Position numbers and translations under genes: made by a program
The notes under the pieces: model-generated
What the model was told of the DNA's origin: nothing
Databases searched by the model: none
What the model saw: only the letters and a program-made list of their open reading frames with translations
In this document: positions 1 through 9,699 of the stretch, one piece after another
Layout: the number at the start of each line of letters is the position of its first letter
Numbering within the stretch: position 1 is the first letter of the stretch
Source: a virus
Lineage: Duplodnaviria; Caudoviricetes
DNA: 64,000 nt
Reading direction: 5' to 3' (one strand)
Virus record (IMG/VR): IMGVR_UViG_3300028888_000002

Positions 1-2
1 TT

Positions 3-302
3 GAAGCTGACCAGGGAAACATACACCTTTCCCGTGAAGAGGTCCTGGAACTGCTCAAAAACGAAAGGGAGTGCGTAATCCGTGCCGACAAGTGCGACAG
101 GGATTGTGCGAAGTGTCCGCTTGTCCGTGACACTAAACGGTTGATTGCTATGTATGACGCTGTAATCAAGTATTACAGTTATCACGTAACGCAGAACCAA
201 AAGGGAAAGTATGTCCGTATGGCTGACGGGACACGCAAGTGGTTCACGAACGAAAAGGCTGCGGAACTTCTCAAATTGCCGTTGCAGCAGAGGGTCGTAT
301 GA
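3..302 (+). CDS. hypothetical protein, 5'-truncated by window edge (Cys-rich CDRDCAKC)
   Basis: Frame 3 is open from the window start to TGA at 300-302, overlapping the next ATG (ATGA). Confidence 0.75.
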   Translation, partial: EADQGNIHLSREEVLELLKNERECVIRADKCDRDCAKCPLVRDTKRLIAMYDAVIKYYSYHVTQNQKGKYVRMADGTRKWFTNEKAAELLKLPLQQRVV

Positions 303-862
303 TACGGAAGGTAGTTTTGCCGAACGTAGCCTGTATCTTGCTGTCCGTTGGCTACGTGGTATTTATGCTTACGGTGTTGGTTCCTCAAATGGACGTAAAG
401 CATAGCAACGGTGACGCTTTTGTTGTTTTACTCGGATTGCTCTTTAGTATCTATGGTGTGTGTATATCCGTAGAACGTATCGTGAACGCTTACAATGAGA
501 AATGGGAGCGGGAACGGAACCACTACCTAGCTGTCAAGAATACGTTTGCTTTATTCAATGAGCATTATTGGAACCCCGATTGGAACCTGCGGGATTTGCA
601 GTATAGCTTGAAAGAAGCGAAGCGTTTGGGCATTGACAAGGAACTGCCGACGGACCGTGACTGCCGTATCTATCTGTATGGGCACGACCCCGAAGAAAAC
701 CGACCGCCTAGACCGAAGTTCAATTCAAAGCATACTATGATTGAAGTGGACGGAAAGTGGCACGACATACCCGACAAGTTCTACGGCAGGTTGATGGACG
801 AAGCGACCGTGGACCAAATCGTAAGCGAAGTTCGTAGTAACGCAGGGGGCTGCTGTGGCTGA
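299..862 (+). CDS. hypothetical membrane protein (2 N-terminal TM segments)
   Basis: ATGA-coupled start; two hydrophobic stretches. Confidence 0.75.
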   Translation: MIRKVVLPNVACILLSVGYVVFMLTVLVPQMDVKHSNGDAFVVLLGLLFSIYGVCISVERIVNAYNEKWERERNHYLAVKNTFALFNEHYWNPDWNLRDLQYSLKEAKRLGIDKELPTDRDCRIYLYGHDPEENRPPRPKFNSKHTMIEVDGKWHDIPDKFYGRLMDEATVDQIVSEVRSNAGGCCG

Positions 863-1121
863 CAAGGGAATGACTTTCAGTGAAATGGAACAGCGTTTGT
901 TCGGAGCCGTCGCAGCGGGTGTCCCTGCAAGGGATTTCATTGACGATACGCTTGACAGCGACATTCTGTTCGGTGAACGCTACGGGGGTTCTTCAAAAAA
1001 ACTTGAAGACTGTGCAAAAGAGTTGGGCAAGTTGATTGGACCTAGCCCCGACAAGCAGGACGCTGTGGCTTCTACCTGCTTTGTCCTGGATTCACTTTCA
1101 GCTTTGGAGAAACACAAATGA
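855..1121 (+). CDS. hypothetical protein
   Basis: Tiled ORF in operon. Confidence 0.65.
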   Translation: MADKGMTFSEMEQRLFGAVAAGVPARDFIDDTLDSDILFGERYGGSSKKLEDCAKELGKLIGPSPDKQDAVASTCFVLDSLSALEKHK

Positions 1122-1366
1122 AACCCGAAATCATTAAACGTCAATTTGAAGATATTCTCATTGTTGAACTAGACGTTAGTCGCAGGGACATTGAAGAACA
1201 GGTTTCCCTGGCTTATTTGGGTGCCACCTCCCTGGATATTCTTGCTGTAATAACCAGGGTTGAAGACAAGTTCGGCATTGAAATCAGCGATTGCGAAAAG
1301 GCTTCGCTGCGGACCGTCAAGGACTACCTGGACTTCATTAACAAGAAAACCGCTGACAGGGTATAG
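1118..1366 (+). CDS. acpP: acyl carrier protein
   Basis: 82 aa, acidic; LGATSLD...VEDKFGIEISD...LRTVKDYLDFI matches the ACP consensus including the phosphopantetheine Ser. Confidence 0.85.
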   Translation: MKPEIIKRQFEDILIVELDVSRRDIEEQVSLAYLGATSLDILAVITRVEDKFGIEISDCEKASLRTVKDYLDFINKKTADRV

Positions 1367-1371
1367 CGACT

Positions 1372-1596
1372 ATGGCACGTAAGTTTACAGAGGGGTATCA
1401 CCTGGACCCTAAAAAGCGTTACAAGGATTCCTACGACGGTCGTGTGCAGACAGGTTCCGAATGGCTCAAAGAGTTCGCAGAAATCGTGGAATACGACCGC
1501 ACCGATTGGGGTATCTTCACGACTACTGTTGAAGAATACGAAGAACTCTATACTATGAACAATGGCGAATACGACCACGCATTGACAGAGGTGTAA
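1372..1596 (+). CDS. hypothetical protein
   Basis: Tiled ORF. Confidence 0.7.
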   Translation: MARKFTEGYHLDPKKRYKDSYDGRVQTGSEWLKEFAEIVEYDRTDWGIFTTTVEEYEELYTMNNGEYDHALTEV

Positions 1597-1597
1597 C

Positions 1598-2296
1598 GTG
1601 ACTCAACGGCAAAAAGAAATAAATGTGTTAAAGTCTATCGGTTTTTCCGAACAGACTGCTGCTGCCCTGCTGTTTATTGCAGAACGTTTCGGGGGCGGGG
1701 AACCTGCCGAACCGCAGAAACTTGTAGGCTATGTCACTACGATTTGCGATGGCAGAATGCCGTTGAACGAACGGACCGTGTTAGCACATATCGGACTTTA
1801 TGTCTTGCAGCCCGTGGCTATCCGTGAGCTGTTGGATATGTGCCCGACGTTCGCCCGTGAGTTCAAGCCGTCCCAGGAAAAGTTCAATCTGCCCGAAAGG
1901 GATTACGCCTATATCCTGGCTACGGGATATGACACCTGGATTAGCGAAGAAAAGGGTGCCGTGGTTTATTGCCCGTCGGACTATGATGGTTACAGGGGCG
2001 GTAGAGGTTGGCAGTTCCACGGGACCAGGGGAGTTATGTTTATCTTTATGGACCCCTATTACGGATTGGGTCCGAAAGACGACACGGGTAGGCAGGGGCT
2101 TTGCTTCTCTTGTTCCTACGACGCTATGCGTGAAGTAAACTCTTACGTGGGTATAAGCCACAGGTTCCAACCTGGGACGAACCTGGGAGAGTTCGCCAAT
2201 ATGCTTATGACCGAATTTGCCCCATACAACATAAACCACGCCAAACGTGGAAACTCTTATTTCCTTGAAAACGGGAGGACCCTTTATGGACGATAA
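1598..2296 (+). CDS. hypothetical protein
   Basis: GAGG RBS, GTG start, 232 aa. Confidence 0.75.
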   Translation: MTQRQKEINVLKSIGFSEQTAAALLFIAERFGGGEPAEPQKLVGYVTTICDGRMPLNERTVLAHIGLYVLQPVAIRELLDMCPTFAREFKPSQEKFNLPERDYAYILATGYDTWISEEKGAVVYCPSDYDGYRGGRGWQFHGTRGVMFIFMDPYYGLGPKDDTGRQGLCFSCSYDAMREVNSYVGISHRFQPGTNLGEFANMLMTEFAPYNINHAKRGNSYFLENGRTLYGR

Positions 2297-2834
2297 CGGA
2301 TTCAATCTTACCGACACCCTGCAATACACCCCTAACAGGGCGTGTCACGAAATCAAATTCCACAACAGGCTAGGGTGTCCAATCAATATCCGCTTTACGA
2401 AATATGACGTGACGGTTGTTGGCGATTACGGCTGTTGGGTGTTCAAGGGCACTATCGTGAACTGCTACAAGTTTTTCCGTGGCGACCATACGAATCCTGG
2501 CTATTGGGAAGAAAAGTTGGAGGCAGCTCCCCGACACCATTATGACCGCACCGTTGACGCAGACGAACTGCGTAAGACGCTGCTTGAAGAATACCCCGAA
2601 GTAATCAAGGAAGAAGACCTTGAATACCTTGAAAGCGACCGTGACACGCTTGAATCCTGGTATGATACCGTAATGGATTTGAACAGCGAAAAGGGTTGGG
2701 ACCTGGAAACCGAAGACCTTTACGGGGCAATTCAATCCTGTATCGTGGAAGACCAACTCTATCTGCGTGTGTGCGAACTTGTGCAGTTCGCAGCGAACTA
2801 TCTAGGAACCCAGGGGGTGAACGATGATTGTTAG
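2286..2834 (+). CDS. hypothetical phage protein (VVGDYGCWVF...NPGYWEEKL)
   Basis: GGAGG RBS before ATG 2286. Confidence 0.75.
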   Translation: MDDNGFNLTDTLQYTPNRACHEIKFHNRLGCPINIRFTKYDVTVVGDYGCWVFKGTIVNCYKFFRGDHTNPGYWEEKLEAAPRHHYDRTVDADELRKTLLEEYPEVIKEEDLEYLESDRDTLESWYDTVMDLNSEKGWDLETEDLYGAIQSCIVEDQLYLRVCELVQFAANYLGTQGVNDDC

Positions 2835-3123
2835 GGTGGTGACGTTCCTTGACGAAATGGGCTACCGCCTGGACGTGGCGGGCGTTCTTACCGAAGTCAA
2901 GCAGGAATACAATTCAAACAAGCACGGGCTTAAACCCGCAGGCAATCCGTTCAAGGACACGGTTACTGTCGGCAATACGGTTGTTAGGTTGGACGATATT
3001 GAAACCCTGCAAATCGCAGGCGACGAAAACGATTACACCTTTAGCGAAGACAACATAAACCGTGTGTCACGCATACAGGACATTTTACTTTCTAAACTAA
3101 TGGGGAAATCTTATGGTTGGTGA
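2824..3123 (+). CDS. hypothetical protein
   Basis: Tiled ORF. Confidence 0.7.
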   Translation: MIVRVVTFLDEMGYRLDVAGVLTEVKQEYNSNKHGLKPAGNPFKDTVTVGNTVVRLDDIETLQIAGDENDYTFSEDNINRVSRIQDILLSKLMGKSYGW

Positions 3124-3574
3124 CGAACTGAAAGAACCGCAAAATTCCTATGGAATGAACGTATATGACCTTATGAACTATCACGGGCTATCCACGTCCG
3201 CTAAATTGGTTGAACAGGTCGTGGAAGCGTTGCAGCGTGAAATCCGCAAGTTGAAAAAGGACAAAGCGGACCTGTGCAAGATGTGGGGGATTGTCCCTGG
3301 CACGAAACGCAGGAAGGCTATGCAGGTCCGTATTGTCAAGGAAGAACACCTGCTGCTTGACGGAAAGTTGAGTGTCCACTACGTCCCCGAATACAAGGGG
3401 TGGTTCTTTTGGAACAGGTTCGTGGAATACGATTGCGATTCCTGTTGCACCCAAGCGTCGTTTAAAACCCACGAAGAAGCCCAGGCGTTTCTTGACAATG
3501 CCGTGCGTATGCGTGGCAGGGATTTGACGACGGTAGTTGCCGTGGACGAAGCCGAACGAACGGGCAAGTCCTAG
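3113..3574 (+). CDS. hypothetical protein; N-terminus paralogous to 17669-18250
   Basis: DELKEPQNSYGMNVYDLMNYHGL vs DELYRPLNSQGMNVFDIMEFHGM. Confidence 0.75.
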   Translation: MVGDELKEPQNSYGMNVYDLMNYHGLSTSAKLVEQVVEALQREIRKLKKDKADLCKMWGIVPGTKRRKAMQVRIVKEEHLLLDGKLSVHYVPEYKGWFFWNRFVEYDCDSCCTQASFKTHEEAQAFLDNAVRMRGRDLTTVVAVDEAERTGKS

Positions 3575-3603
3575 CGGGACCTTGAAAAAAATTCAAAAAT
3601 TTT

Positions 3604-3643
3604 CAAATTACCTGTTGACAACACGCAGGTAATTTGTTATATT
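3604..3643 (+). promoter_or_regulatory. repeated phage early promoter (class 1) with perfect 11-bp inverted repeat
   Basis: TTGACA 3615-3620, 17 bp, TATATT 3638-3643; CAAATTACCTG/CAGGTAATTTG flank the -35. Confidence 0.9.
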
Positions 3644-3684
3644 CTATACAGAAACCACGACAACCATTTACCGAGGATAGCACC

Positions 3685-4797
3685 TTGTCAAAGCATAAGA
3701 ACAAGCCGAAGAAAATCAATAAGCCCGTTGAAGAGGCGGTGAACCCTATCGTGTTCAACTGCAACGCCCTTTCCGACAAGTTCCTGGAAGACTGCTATTC
3801 GTCGGCAGTGGCTAATATCGGTGACAGCACCGACGGTATGCGTGGATGGTGGGAAGACAATATGGTGCGTCCTATCCGTGACACGAAATCTGCCACACGC
3901 CTGCGTCGCCTTAAAGTCTTGCCGTTCACCGTCCACGCCTACGAAGAACGCCTGGGTGTCAAGGTGGATATGAACCCGCCTGTAAAGGGCTATCAGCGTT
4001 ACGTGAGTAACGGGGGCATTAACGAATTTCTGTGCAACGCCTACATTAAGACTAGCCCGACCTGCAAGGTCCGCAAGGTGTCCGAACGTGCTATGAAGTT
4101 CCTGCTTTCCCTGGGTGCCCCTGCCGACGAACTGCGTAAGGAATACCGTGAATATCTTTACAACACGGCAGCACAGCAGCCTACTGAATTTGTTTCGGAC
4201 TGCATAAACGGGAAGTTCTATGAGGAACTTTTGGAACTCCCGATTAACGGTCACACCGACTATATCTACCTGGTAGCTTCTACGGAAATGTGCCATATCC
4301 TGCACCGTCGTGACCCGAAGGTGGGCGAGAATGAATACTTCAACATTCCGCTGCACCCGTCCGTCCGTGACAGTGCCTTGCGTGGTGCCACGTTTGAATA
4401 TGACGAACAGTATGATAATTGGTCCACGGGTAACGTGTTTGACGTGGAAGCCCTGCTTACGAACCTGTGGATTGCTGAATCGCTCCGCACCTGCGAAATC
4501 TGTTCGGAACCCGACTACTCCCGCCACGCTTCGGACCGCCCTGTTATCCTGGCGGGCAAGAAGCCGTTGAAGCATTCCCAGGCTTACCGCTATATCCACA
4601 TTACAGACGAAACCTGGAAGAAGTATGAAAGTGCTTCGCAGTGCGTCCGTGAACAAAAGAACTTCAACGTGGCTAGTTGGTATGTTCGGGCACATTACGC
4701 CCGTATGCACGGCAAGACCGTTCTTGTCAAGGCACACTACGCATACCGTCGCAAGGGCGTAGTCACAGAAAATAACGCAGTGGACTATATCGTTTAG
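3685..4797 (+). CDS. hypothetical phage protein with basic C-terminal WYVRAHY motif
   Basis: CCGAGGATAG RBS then TTG at 3685; the track start at 3634 lies inside the promoter. Confidence 0.8.
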   Translation: MSKHKNKPKKINKPVEEAVNPIVFNCNALSDKFLEDCYSSAVANIGDSTDGMRGWWEDNMVRPIRDTKSATRLRRLKVLPFTVHAYEERLGVKVDMNPPVKGYQRYVSNGGINEFLCNAYIKTSPTCKVRKVSERAMKFLLSLGAPADELRKEYREYLYNTAAQQPTEFVSDCINGKFYEELLELPINGHTDYIYLVASTEMCHILHRRDPKVGENEYFNIPLHPSVRDSALRGATFEYDEQYDNWSTGNVFDVEALLTNLWIAESLRTCEICSEPDYSRHASDRPVILAGKKPLKHSQAYRYIHITDETWKKYESASQCVREQKNFNVASWYVRAHYARMHGKTVLVKAHYAYRRKGVVTENNAVDYIV

Positions 4798-4817
4798 GTT
4801 TTTAATCCGAGGTATCT

Positions 4818-5117
4818 ATGAAAGACAACCGCTTTATGGTAGCACACAGTATGCTGACCAATACTATTTACGCAGGGACCACGAACAAGGACGGGACCCT
4901 GTGGGTGTCAAAGTCCGAAGTTACACAGCAGGCGATTGAAGCCGTGCGTGACTATTGTGTGCAGGACCTAACCGATACTTATTACAGGGAAACAAAAGGT
5001 AATCCCGATTACCCGAAGCCTACAACGAAGTCCTACGAATGGAAGCGTAAGGACGGGGCTATCGTGACTTTGAGCGTATCGGTAAAGTTCCCTAACAAAG
5101 AAAACAAAGCCGAATAA
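4818..5117 (+). CDS. hypothetical phage protein
   Basis: GAGG RBS. Confidence 0.75.
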   Translation: MKDNRFMVAHSMLTNTIYAGTTNKDGTLWVSKSEVTQQAIEAVRDYCVQDLTDTYYRETKGNPDYPKPTTKSYEWKRKDGAIVTLSVSVKFPNKENKAE

Positions 5118-5131
5118 CCTGGAGGACCCCT

Positions 5132-5581
5132 ATGGACATTCAGCAACTTCAAGAAATCCAAAAGTCATACCGCAGCAAGAAAGTATTGGGTGAACAGGCA
5201 CAGAAGACCCTTGATGCTTGCAAGCGTGGAATGACCGACGATGCCTACGCATTCAGCGAGGGCTTGACGAAATACCTTAACGAAAACTTCAAGCGTAAGT
5301 GGATTAGGTGGAAAAACCCGCTTAACCCCGAAACGGAATTTTTCAAGTTCGCTATCTGCTTTGAGCAAAGAGGGCGTAACGTGTCCGTTCTGTGTTCGCA
5401 GGAATTGGACGTGTCCTACAAGGGCGACGTTCCCAGGGTAAAGCATTTCCGTTATTCGGAATGCTTCCCGATGACTATGGACTGCAAGGACTGTTCCCTT
5501 ACGGATTTCAGCACGGAACCCGTGGACGAAAAAAAGATTAACGCATTCATTAAACTTGCAAAGCAAGTTTCGGAGGAATAA
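5132..5581 (+). CDS. hypothetical protein
   Basis: GGAGG RBS. Confidence 0.75.
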   Translation: MDIQQLQEIQKSYRSKKVLGEQAQKTLDACKRGMTDDAYAFSEGLTKYLNENFKRKWIRWKNPLNPETEFFKFAICFEQRGRNVSVLCSQELDVSYKGDVPRVKHFRYSECFPMTMDCKDCSLTDFSTEPVDEKKINAFIKLAKQVSEE

Positions 5582-5583
5582 CT

Positions 5584-6015
5584 ATGAGCAAGTTCAACGA
5601 TATTGCAAACAAGCTCCCGAAGACCTACACGTTCGGTCGTGACAAGTGGTTTACTGTGACGGACGTTTTGAACCTTGTCACTGAATTGCAGAACGCCCAC
5701 GAAGAAGAAATCCAGGAAATCCAGGCAGCACACAAGCACACGCTTGACCGCATTAACTATGAACGCCTGGAGCAGTCAAAGACCCTGGTTACGATTGCGG
5801 AACGCTCCCGCTCCGTCCTGGATAGCTTGGTGAACTTCGTTGACCCCCGTCGGGAAATCCAGGAACTCTTGAAGAAGCATAGCGTCACGGAAGCCGAAAG
5901 CGTGAAGCGTCTTGCTGCGAGCGGTGCCCTTGACGGGGTGTTCACCCGTGACGAACTTCAACGTATCTATGCAGAATGCGACGGTATCGCCCAGGAAAAC
6001 AGGGGGATTGTATGA
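5584..6015 (+). CDS. hypothetical coiled-coil protein
   Basis: GGAGG RBS. Confidence 0.75.
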   Translation: MSKFNDIANKLPKTYTFGRDKWFTVTDVLNLVTELQNAHEEEIQEIQAAHKHTLDRINYERLEQSKTLVTIAERSRSVLDSLVNFVDPRREIQELLKKHSVTEAESVKRLAASGALDGVFTRDELQRIYAECDGIAQENRGIV

Positions 6016-6278
6016 GCGGGCAGCGGACCAAAGTTGACGACGTTCTTGACGTAGTTGCCCGTTACAATGAAATGTGCGTCACGTTGCAGAAAGTGATTTA
6101 CGACCGTGACGCTATGTCCGTTGACTGCCCCGCAATTTCCCAGGTAATCCCGAACGTGAACCCCTACGACCCGTCACAGAACACGTTGACCCTGGGTTAC
6201 TTCCCGCACCGTGGTTCACGCACGGAACGCTTTGTCACTATCCACCGTGACGAACTAGAAAAACTTTTCAACCACTAA
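6012..6278 (+). CDS. hypothetical protein
   Basis: ATGA overlap with upstream stop. Confidence 0.7.
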   Translation: MSGQRTKVDDVLDVVARYNEMCVTLQKVIYDRDAMSVDCPAISQVIPNVNPYDPSQNTLTLGYFPHRGSRTERFVTIHRDELEKLFNH

Positions 6279-6295
6279 CCAAAGAGGAATGCACA

Positions 6296-6631
6296 ATGAA
6301 ACCCGAAATCATTATTGTAGATGGCACCGATTTTACGTCGGGAACCAACCGCTTCTATGGAATCCAGGCTACCGTGAGGAAGTTCCTGTTCTTTAAGAAG
6401 AAAGTTATCGCCTTGAACCCGTTCTGCTACAACACCCCGAAGAAAGCACTTGCAGCAGTTATGGGGCGTTTGACCCACGAAGAACGCAATAAGGCTACAT
6501 ACCAGGCGTTCATACAGACCGTTGAAGTTTACGGGTGGTGCAACGGGAAGCCCCTCGCAAAGTATGGCGAGCCGTCCTGGTGGAAAAAGTGGGACTTCGC
6601 CACGCTTGCAGAAAAAGCAAAGAATTGGTAA
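6296..6631 (+). CDS. hypothetical protein
   Basis: GAGGA RBS. Confidence 0.7.
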   Translation: MKPEIIIVDGTDFTSGTNRFYGIQATVRKFLFFKKKVIALNPFCYNTPKKALAAVMGRLTHEERNKATYQAFIQTVEVYGWCNGKPLAKYGEPSWWKKWDFATLAEKAKNW

Positions 6632-6648
6632 AATTTTTAAGTTACCTA

Positions 6649-6677
6649 TTGACAGCTACCTGGTAATTTGTTATATT
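6649..6677 (+). promoter_or_regulatory. class 1 promoter
   Basis: TTGACA-17-TATATT, TTACC/GGTAA inverted repeat, CCGAGGATA RBS downstream. Confidence 0.9.
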
Positions 6678-6708
6678 CATAACGGAACAAACCACAACCG
6701 AGGATATT

Positions 6709-7191
6709 ATGAACGTAAAACTGTTCAAGAAAATCTGCGAAGAAGAAGGCTTTATTTTCCACGGTGCCATTGTCGGCATTGTGGAATACTCCGTAGCGAA
6801 CCCCGTGTTCCCACAGTTCCTTATGAAAGCTGTGGAACTTTCGTGTGAATATGACGACGACGGGGAGCCTACCGACGAACCCTGCATTGACATTTTCATT
6901 TCGGATGCGTTCTTCCCGTTCTGCAAGGGCTTCAATCGCCACGTCCACTTAAAGGGTCACTACTGCACCGAAGCAAACCTGCGGGACCATTTGAAGCGTG
7001 TCCAGGAAGCCTACAAGCAAATCAAGGAAAACCTCAAGGTGCAGACTACCTTGACCGTGGACCAATTCTGCGATATGCTCCGTGACACGGACGTTAGCAT
7101 TCACATTGACAGTCGCAAGGCTATGACGAAGACGAAGATTACGCTTGACAAGCCTGTTGCAGAATTTTTAAAGGGGTTTAAGAACAAATGA
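6709..7191 (+). CDS. hypothetical protein
   Basis: First gene after promoter and RBS. Confidence 0.8.
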   Translation: MNVKLFKKICEEEGFIFHGAIVGIVEYSVANPVFPQFLMKAVELSCEYDDDGEPTDEPCIDIFISDAFFPFCKGFNRHVHLKGHYCTEANLRDHLKRVQEAYKQIKENLKVQTTLTVDQFCDMLRDTDVSIHIDSRKAMTKTKITLDKPVAEFLKGFKNK

Positions 7192-7703
7192 CTTTCAGCA
7201 AAGACGAATTACAGGACTTGCGTGAATATGTGAGCGACGGGGGTATTGAAGACCTGGTGACTATCGCACCCGACCACATTACGGTCGTGTCCGAAGATTT
7301 TCCCGACCGCTTCGTTGCGACCGTTGGGCTTATGACCTGCACGAAGGGTTACGGCTTCGTCTTGATGGTTGAAGACTGTCGCCCCAGGGAAGACGACCTG
7401 GGATTTCCCTACGGCTTGCCCGTGCGTGTATCGCTTCCCGATGACAAGTGGTCCCTGCGTGAAGTTGTCCGACACGCCCTGGATTTGCTTACGGACGTGG
7501 CAGACACGGCTAAAAGCCTGCGTCTTGCCATCAAGGGCTTGCAGGAATTTGAGAAGCACTGCACCACGCTTAACGCCCAACTGAATAAGGTAAATGCAGC
7601 ACAACTGTTTATCCCGCACCAACTCGCCAGGGTTGCTGCGAGGGTGGCTGCGAAAGACCCCGCCCTGGTTGAACTTGCTCTAAAAGGAGGCTCCAATGCT
7701 TGA
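7188..7703 (+). CDS. hypothetical protein
   Basis: ATGA overlap. Confidence 0.75.
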   Translation: MTFSKDELQDLREYVSDGGIEDLVTIAPDHITVVSEDFPDRFVATVGLMTCTKGYGFVLMVEDCRPREDDLGFPYGLPVRVSLPDDKWSLREVVRHALDLLTDVADTAKSLRLAIKGLQEFEKHCTTLNAQLNKVNAAQLFIPHQLARVAARVAAKDPALVELALKGGSNA

Positions 7704-8130
7704 TACCGAATACGAAGACAAGCCGATTAAGACAGCCGAAGATTGGATAGAATACATTAAGCGTTACAAGCAGCGTAACGGCAGCAAGCTACCCGTAGCT
7801 ATTGCCGTCCCGACAAAAGATTTCCTGGCTCTTGTGAACGACTTCAAGCAGGTGTGCAACTCCAATAATAGCCGTCGTGCAAAAATCGCTTCCCTTGAAA
7901 GCAAGCTGTATCACGACGTATGGAACTTTGCCGTGTGCAAGGCGAAGCGTTGTGCGAAGTCCGAGGGCTGTCGCTGCTATTGCAGGCTCCGCTATTCCTG
8001 TAAGCACAGCGAATGGGCTTACCGCAGGGGTAACGTTCCGACGGAAGATTTCTTTGAAAAGTTTAAGGGACCGACAAACCACCACGGGGACTATTGGACC
8101 CGCAGACAGGAGGAACCCGCCAATGATTAA
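7696..8130 (+). CDS. hypothetical Cys-rich protein
   Basis: GGAGG RBS; Cys cluster similar to 15818-16438. Confidence 0.75.
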   Translation: MLDTEYEDKPIKTAEDWIEYIKRYKQRNGSKLPVAIAVPTKDFLALVNDFKQVCNSNNSRRAKIASLESKLYHDVWNFAVCKAKRCAKSEGCRCYCRLRYSCKHSEWAYRRGNVPTEDFFEKFKGPTNHHGDYWTRRQEEPAND

Positions 8131-8308
8131 AGACGAACCGTTAAAGTTTTTTAAGCCCGCCAACGGTGTTGCGACTATCCGCATTATCGGGGATTTGGTT
8201 AAGGATTGCCCGATGTATAACTTTTGGAAATCCGACGACCACGGGTGCCTTGACCGCAAGCAGAAACTTGCGAATGCCGAACCCGTTGAATGCGAAGTAT
8301 TGGAATAG
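8123..8308 (+). CDS. 61-aa protein resembling the N-terminal segment of gp32-type SSBs
   Basis: GGAGG RBS; FFKPANGVATIRIIG...CP (resemblance by eye). Confidence 0.55.
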   Translation: MIKDEPLKFFKPANGVATIRIIGDLVKDCPMYNFWKSDDHGCLDRKQKLANAEPVECEVLE

Positions 8309-8319
8309 GGAACTAATTT

Positions 8320-8940
8320 ATGAACAGACCGATTTACAAGAACGACGCTTCGGGTTCCTACGAAGTCACTAACATTCTGTTTTACTCGCCCGAAAAGTAT
8401 TCAGTTTGGAACCTCGCTAACCTGGCGAACTACATATACGACCTGCATTTTTCTCACGGGTGCGTTGGCGGGTATTGCCGTTTTACGTTCTACAACGCTA
8501 CCGACTTTATCCTGGACGAACTGTATCTAGGCAAGACGGCAGTTATGCAGGTTGTCTTGTCTAACGGTAAGGTTGACGAATACAACTTGTCGCTGCACCA
8601 TAATCGCACGTATAGGACGACCGACGGTAAGCTATCCTTTACTGCTTTGGAATGCAGCTATTCGCCAAAGGACCCGAAGACGAAATCCTCTATGCCGAAA
8701 GTCCCTACCGTCCTGCTTACCGCAGACGAATGTAGCAGGACGTATAAGGTCCTGGAAGACATTACCGTTCCTGTGGACGCAGAAAAGGCTATGCAGCCCG
8801 TTACAAAGAAGTTGTCAACGTTGGATTTCGCTATGGCGTATGCGAAGTCCGCACTGCAAGCCTATACGTGGGCAAAGGTTGAAGTCGCCCCGATTGACGA
8901 ACCGCTTTTCAAATACGCTGTAACGATTTCTAAAAAGTGA
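8320..8940 (+). CDS. hypothetical protein
   Basis: 206-aa tiled ORF. Confidence 0.75.
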   Translation: MNRPIYKNDASGSYEVTNILFYSPEKYSVWNLANLANYIYDLHFSHGCVGGYCRFTFYNATDFILDELYLGKTAVMQVVLSNGKVDEYNLSLHHNRTYRTTDGKLSFTALECSYSPKDPKTKSSMPKVPTVLLTADECSRTYKVLEDITVPVDAEKAMQPVTKKLSTLDFAMAYAKSALQAYTWAKVEVAPIDEPLFKYAVTISKK

Positions 8941-8947
8941 GGACTGT

Positions 8948-9211
8948 ATGGCATTCCCGAAAGGATATGGATTTTACGGCTCTTGTGCGTTTTGCCCCTG
9001 TAACAAGGATTGCGACCAGGGTAGGCACTGCAAGATTTTTACGAAAGTCAATCCCGACAAGTTAAACAAGCCCCGAACTCCGCATTATGTTGTAAGGACC
9101 GACAAGGAAAACTACACGGCAGGGGACCTGCTCTTGCGGGGCATCGTGTGGACTATGCGTTTTGCTGTCGGTGCCTTGATTGCTTACTTTATTTATGACA
9201 GAACAAAGTAG
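8948..9211 (+). CDS. hypothetical Cys-rich protein with C-terminal TM segment
   Basis: GAGGA RBS. Confidence 0.7.
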   Translation: MAFPKGYGFYGSCAFCPCNKDCDQGRHCKIFTKVNPDKLNKPRTPHYVVRTDKENYTAGDLLLRGIVWTMRFAVGALIAYFIYDRTK

Positions 9212-9219
9212 AGGATTTT

Positions 9220-9699
9220 ATGGACGAACTTGAAAAAGAAACCGAGGGTATGGGGGCGAAGAACGTCCCCGAAGTAGGGATAGTTTACCACGTATTTGAC
9301 GACGGCAAGATTACGCTTATGCGTCATTTCCTGGTGAAGTGCAAGGAAGTAATCCCGTTTAAGAAACTTTCAACGGACCCGAACTACAAGAAACTCTACG
9401 AAAGTTGGCAGGAAGCCGTAAAGGAAATTGATTGGGTATTCAGCCCCGAAACCGATTACGTCGCCTGGTGTGAACTGTTTGACGAAGACACGAACGAAGT
9501 TGTCCCGAACGAAGAACCGCTTTATTACGCACGGACAAAGTATTGGGAGTGGTTCGGCTTCGGGACTATGCTTGACGACGGTGTTCTTGACGTGGACCGT
9601 AAAGTGTGGGAGCAGTTCTACATTGATTCACACAACCCCGAACTCTTTGGATATTCCGAATACGAATTGCACGAAATTGACATTCTTAACAAATTCTAA
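9220..9699 (+). CDS. hypothetical acidic phage protein (YHVFDDGKI motif)
   Basis: GAGGA RBS. Confidence 0.75.
   Translation: MDELEKETEGMGAKNVPEVGIVYHVFDDGKITLMRHFLVKCKEVIPFKKLSTDPNYKKLYESWQEAVKEIDWVFSPETDYVAWCELFDEDTNEVVPNEEPLYYARTKYWEWFGFGTMLDDGVLDVDRKVWEQFYIDSHNPELFGYSEYELHEIDILNKF

Noticed and set aside
3688-4737. Long antisense ORFs (e.g. 3688-4737, 18772-19590, 20226-21005, 41468-42301)
   Set aside because: Shadow frames of real genes caused by codon bias; no RBS or promoter.
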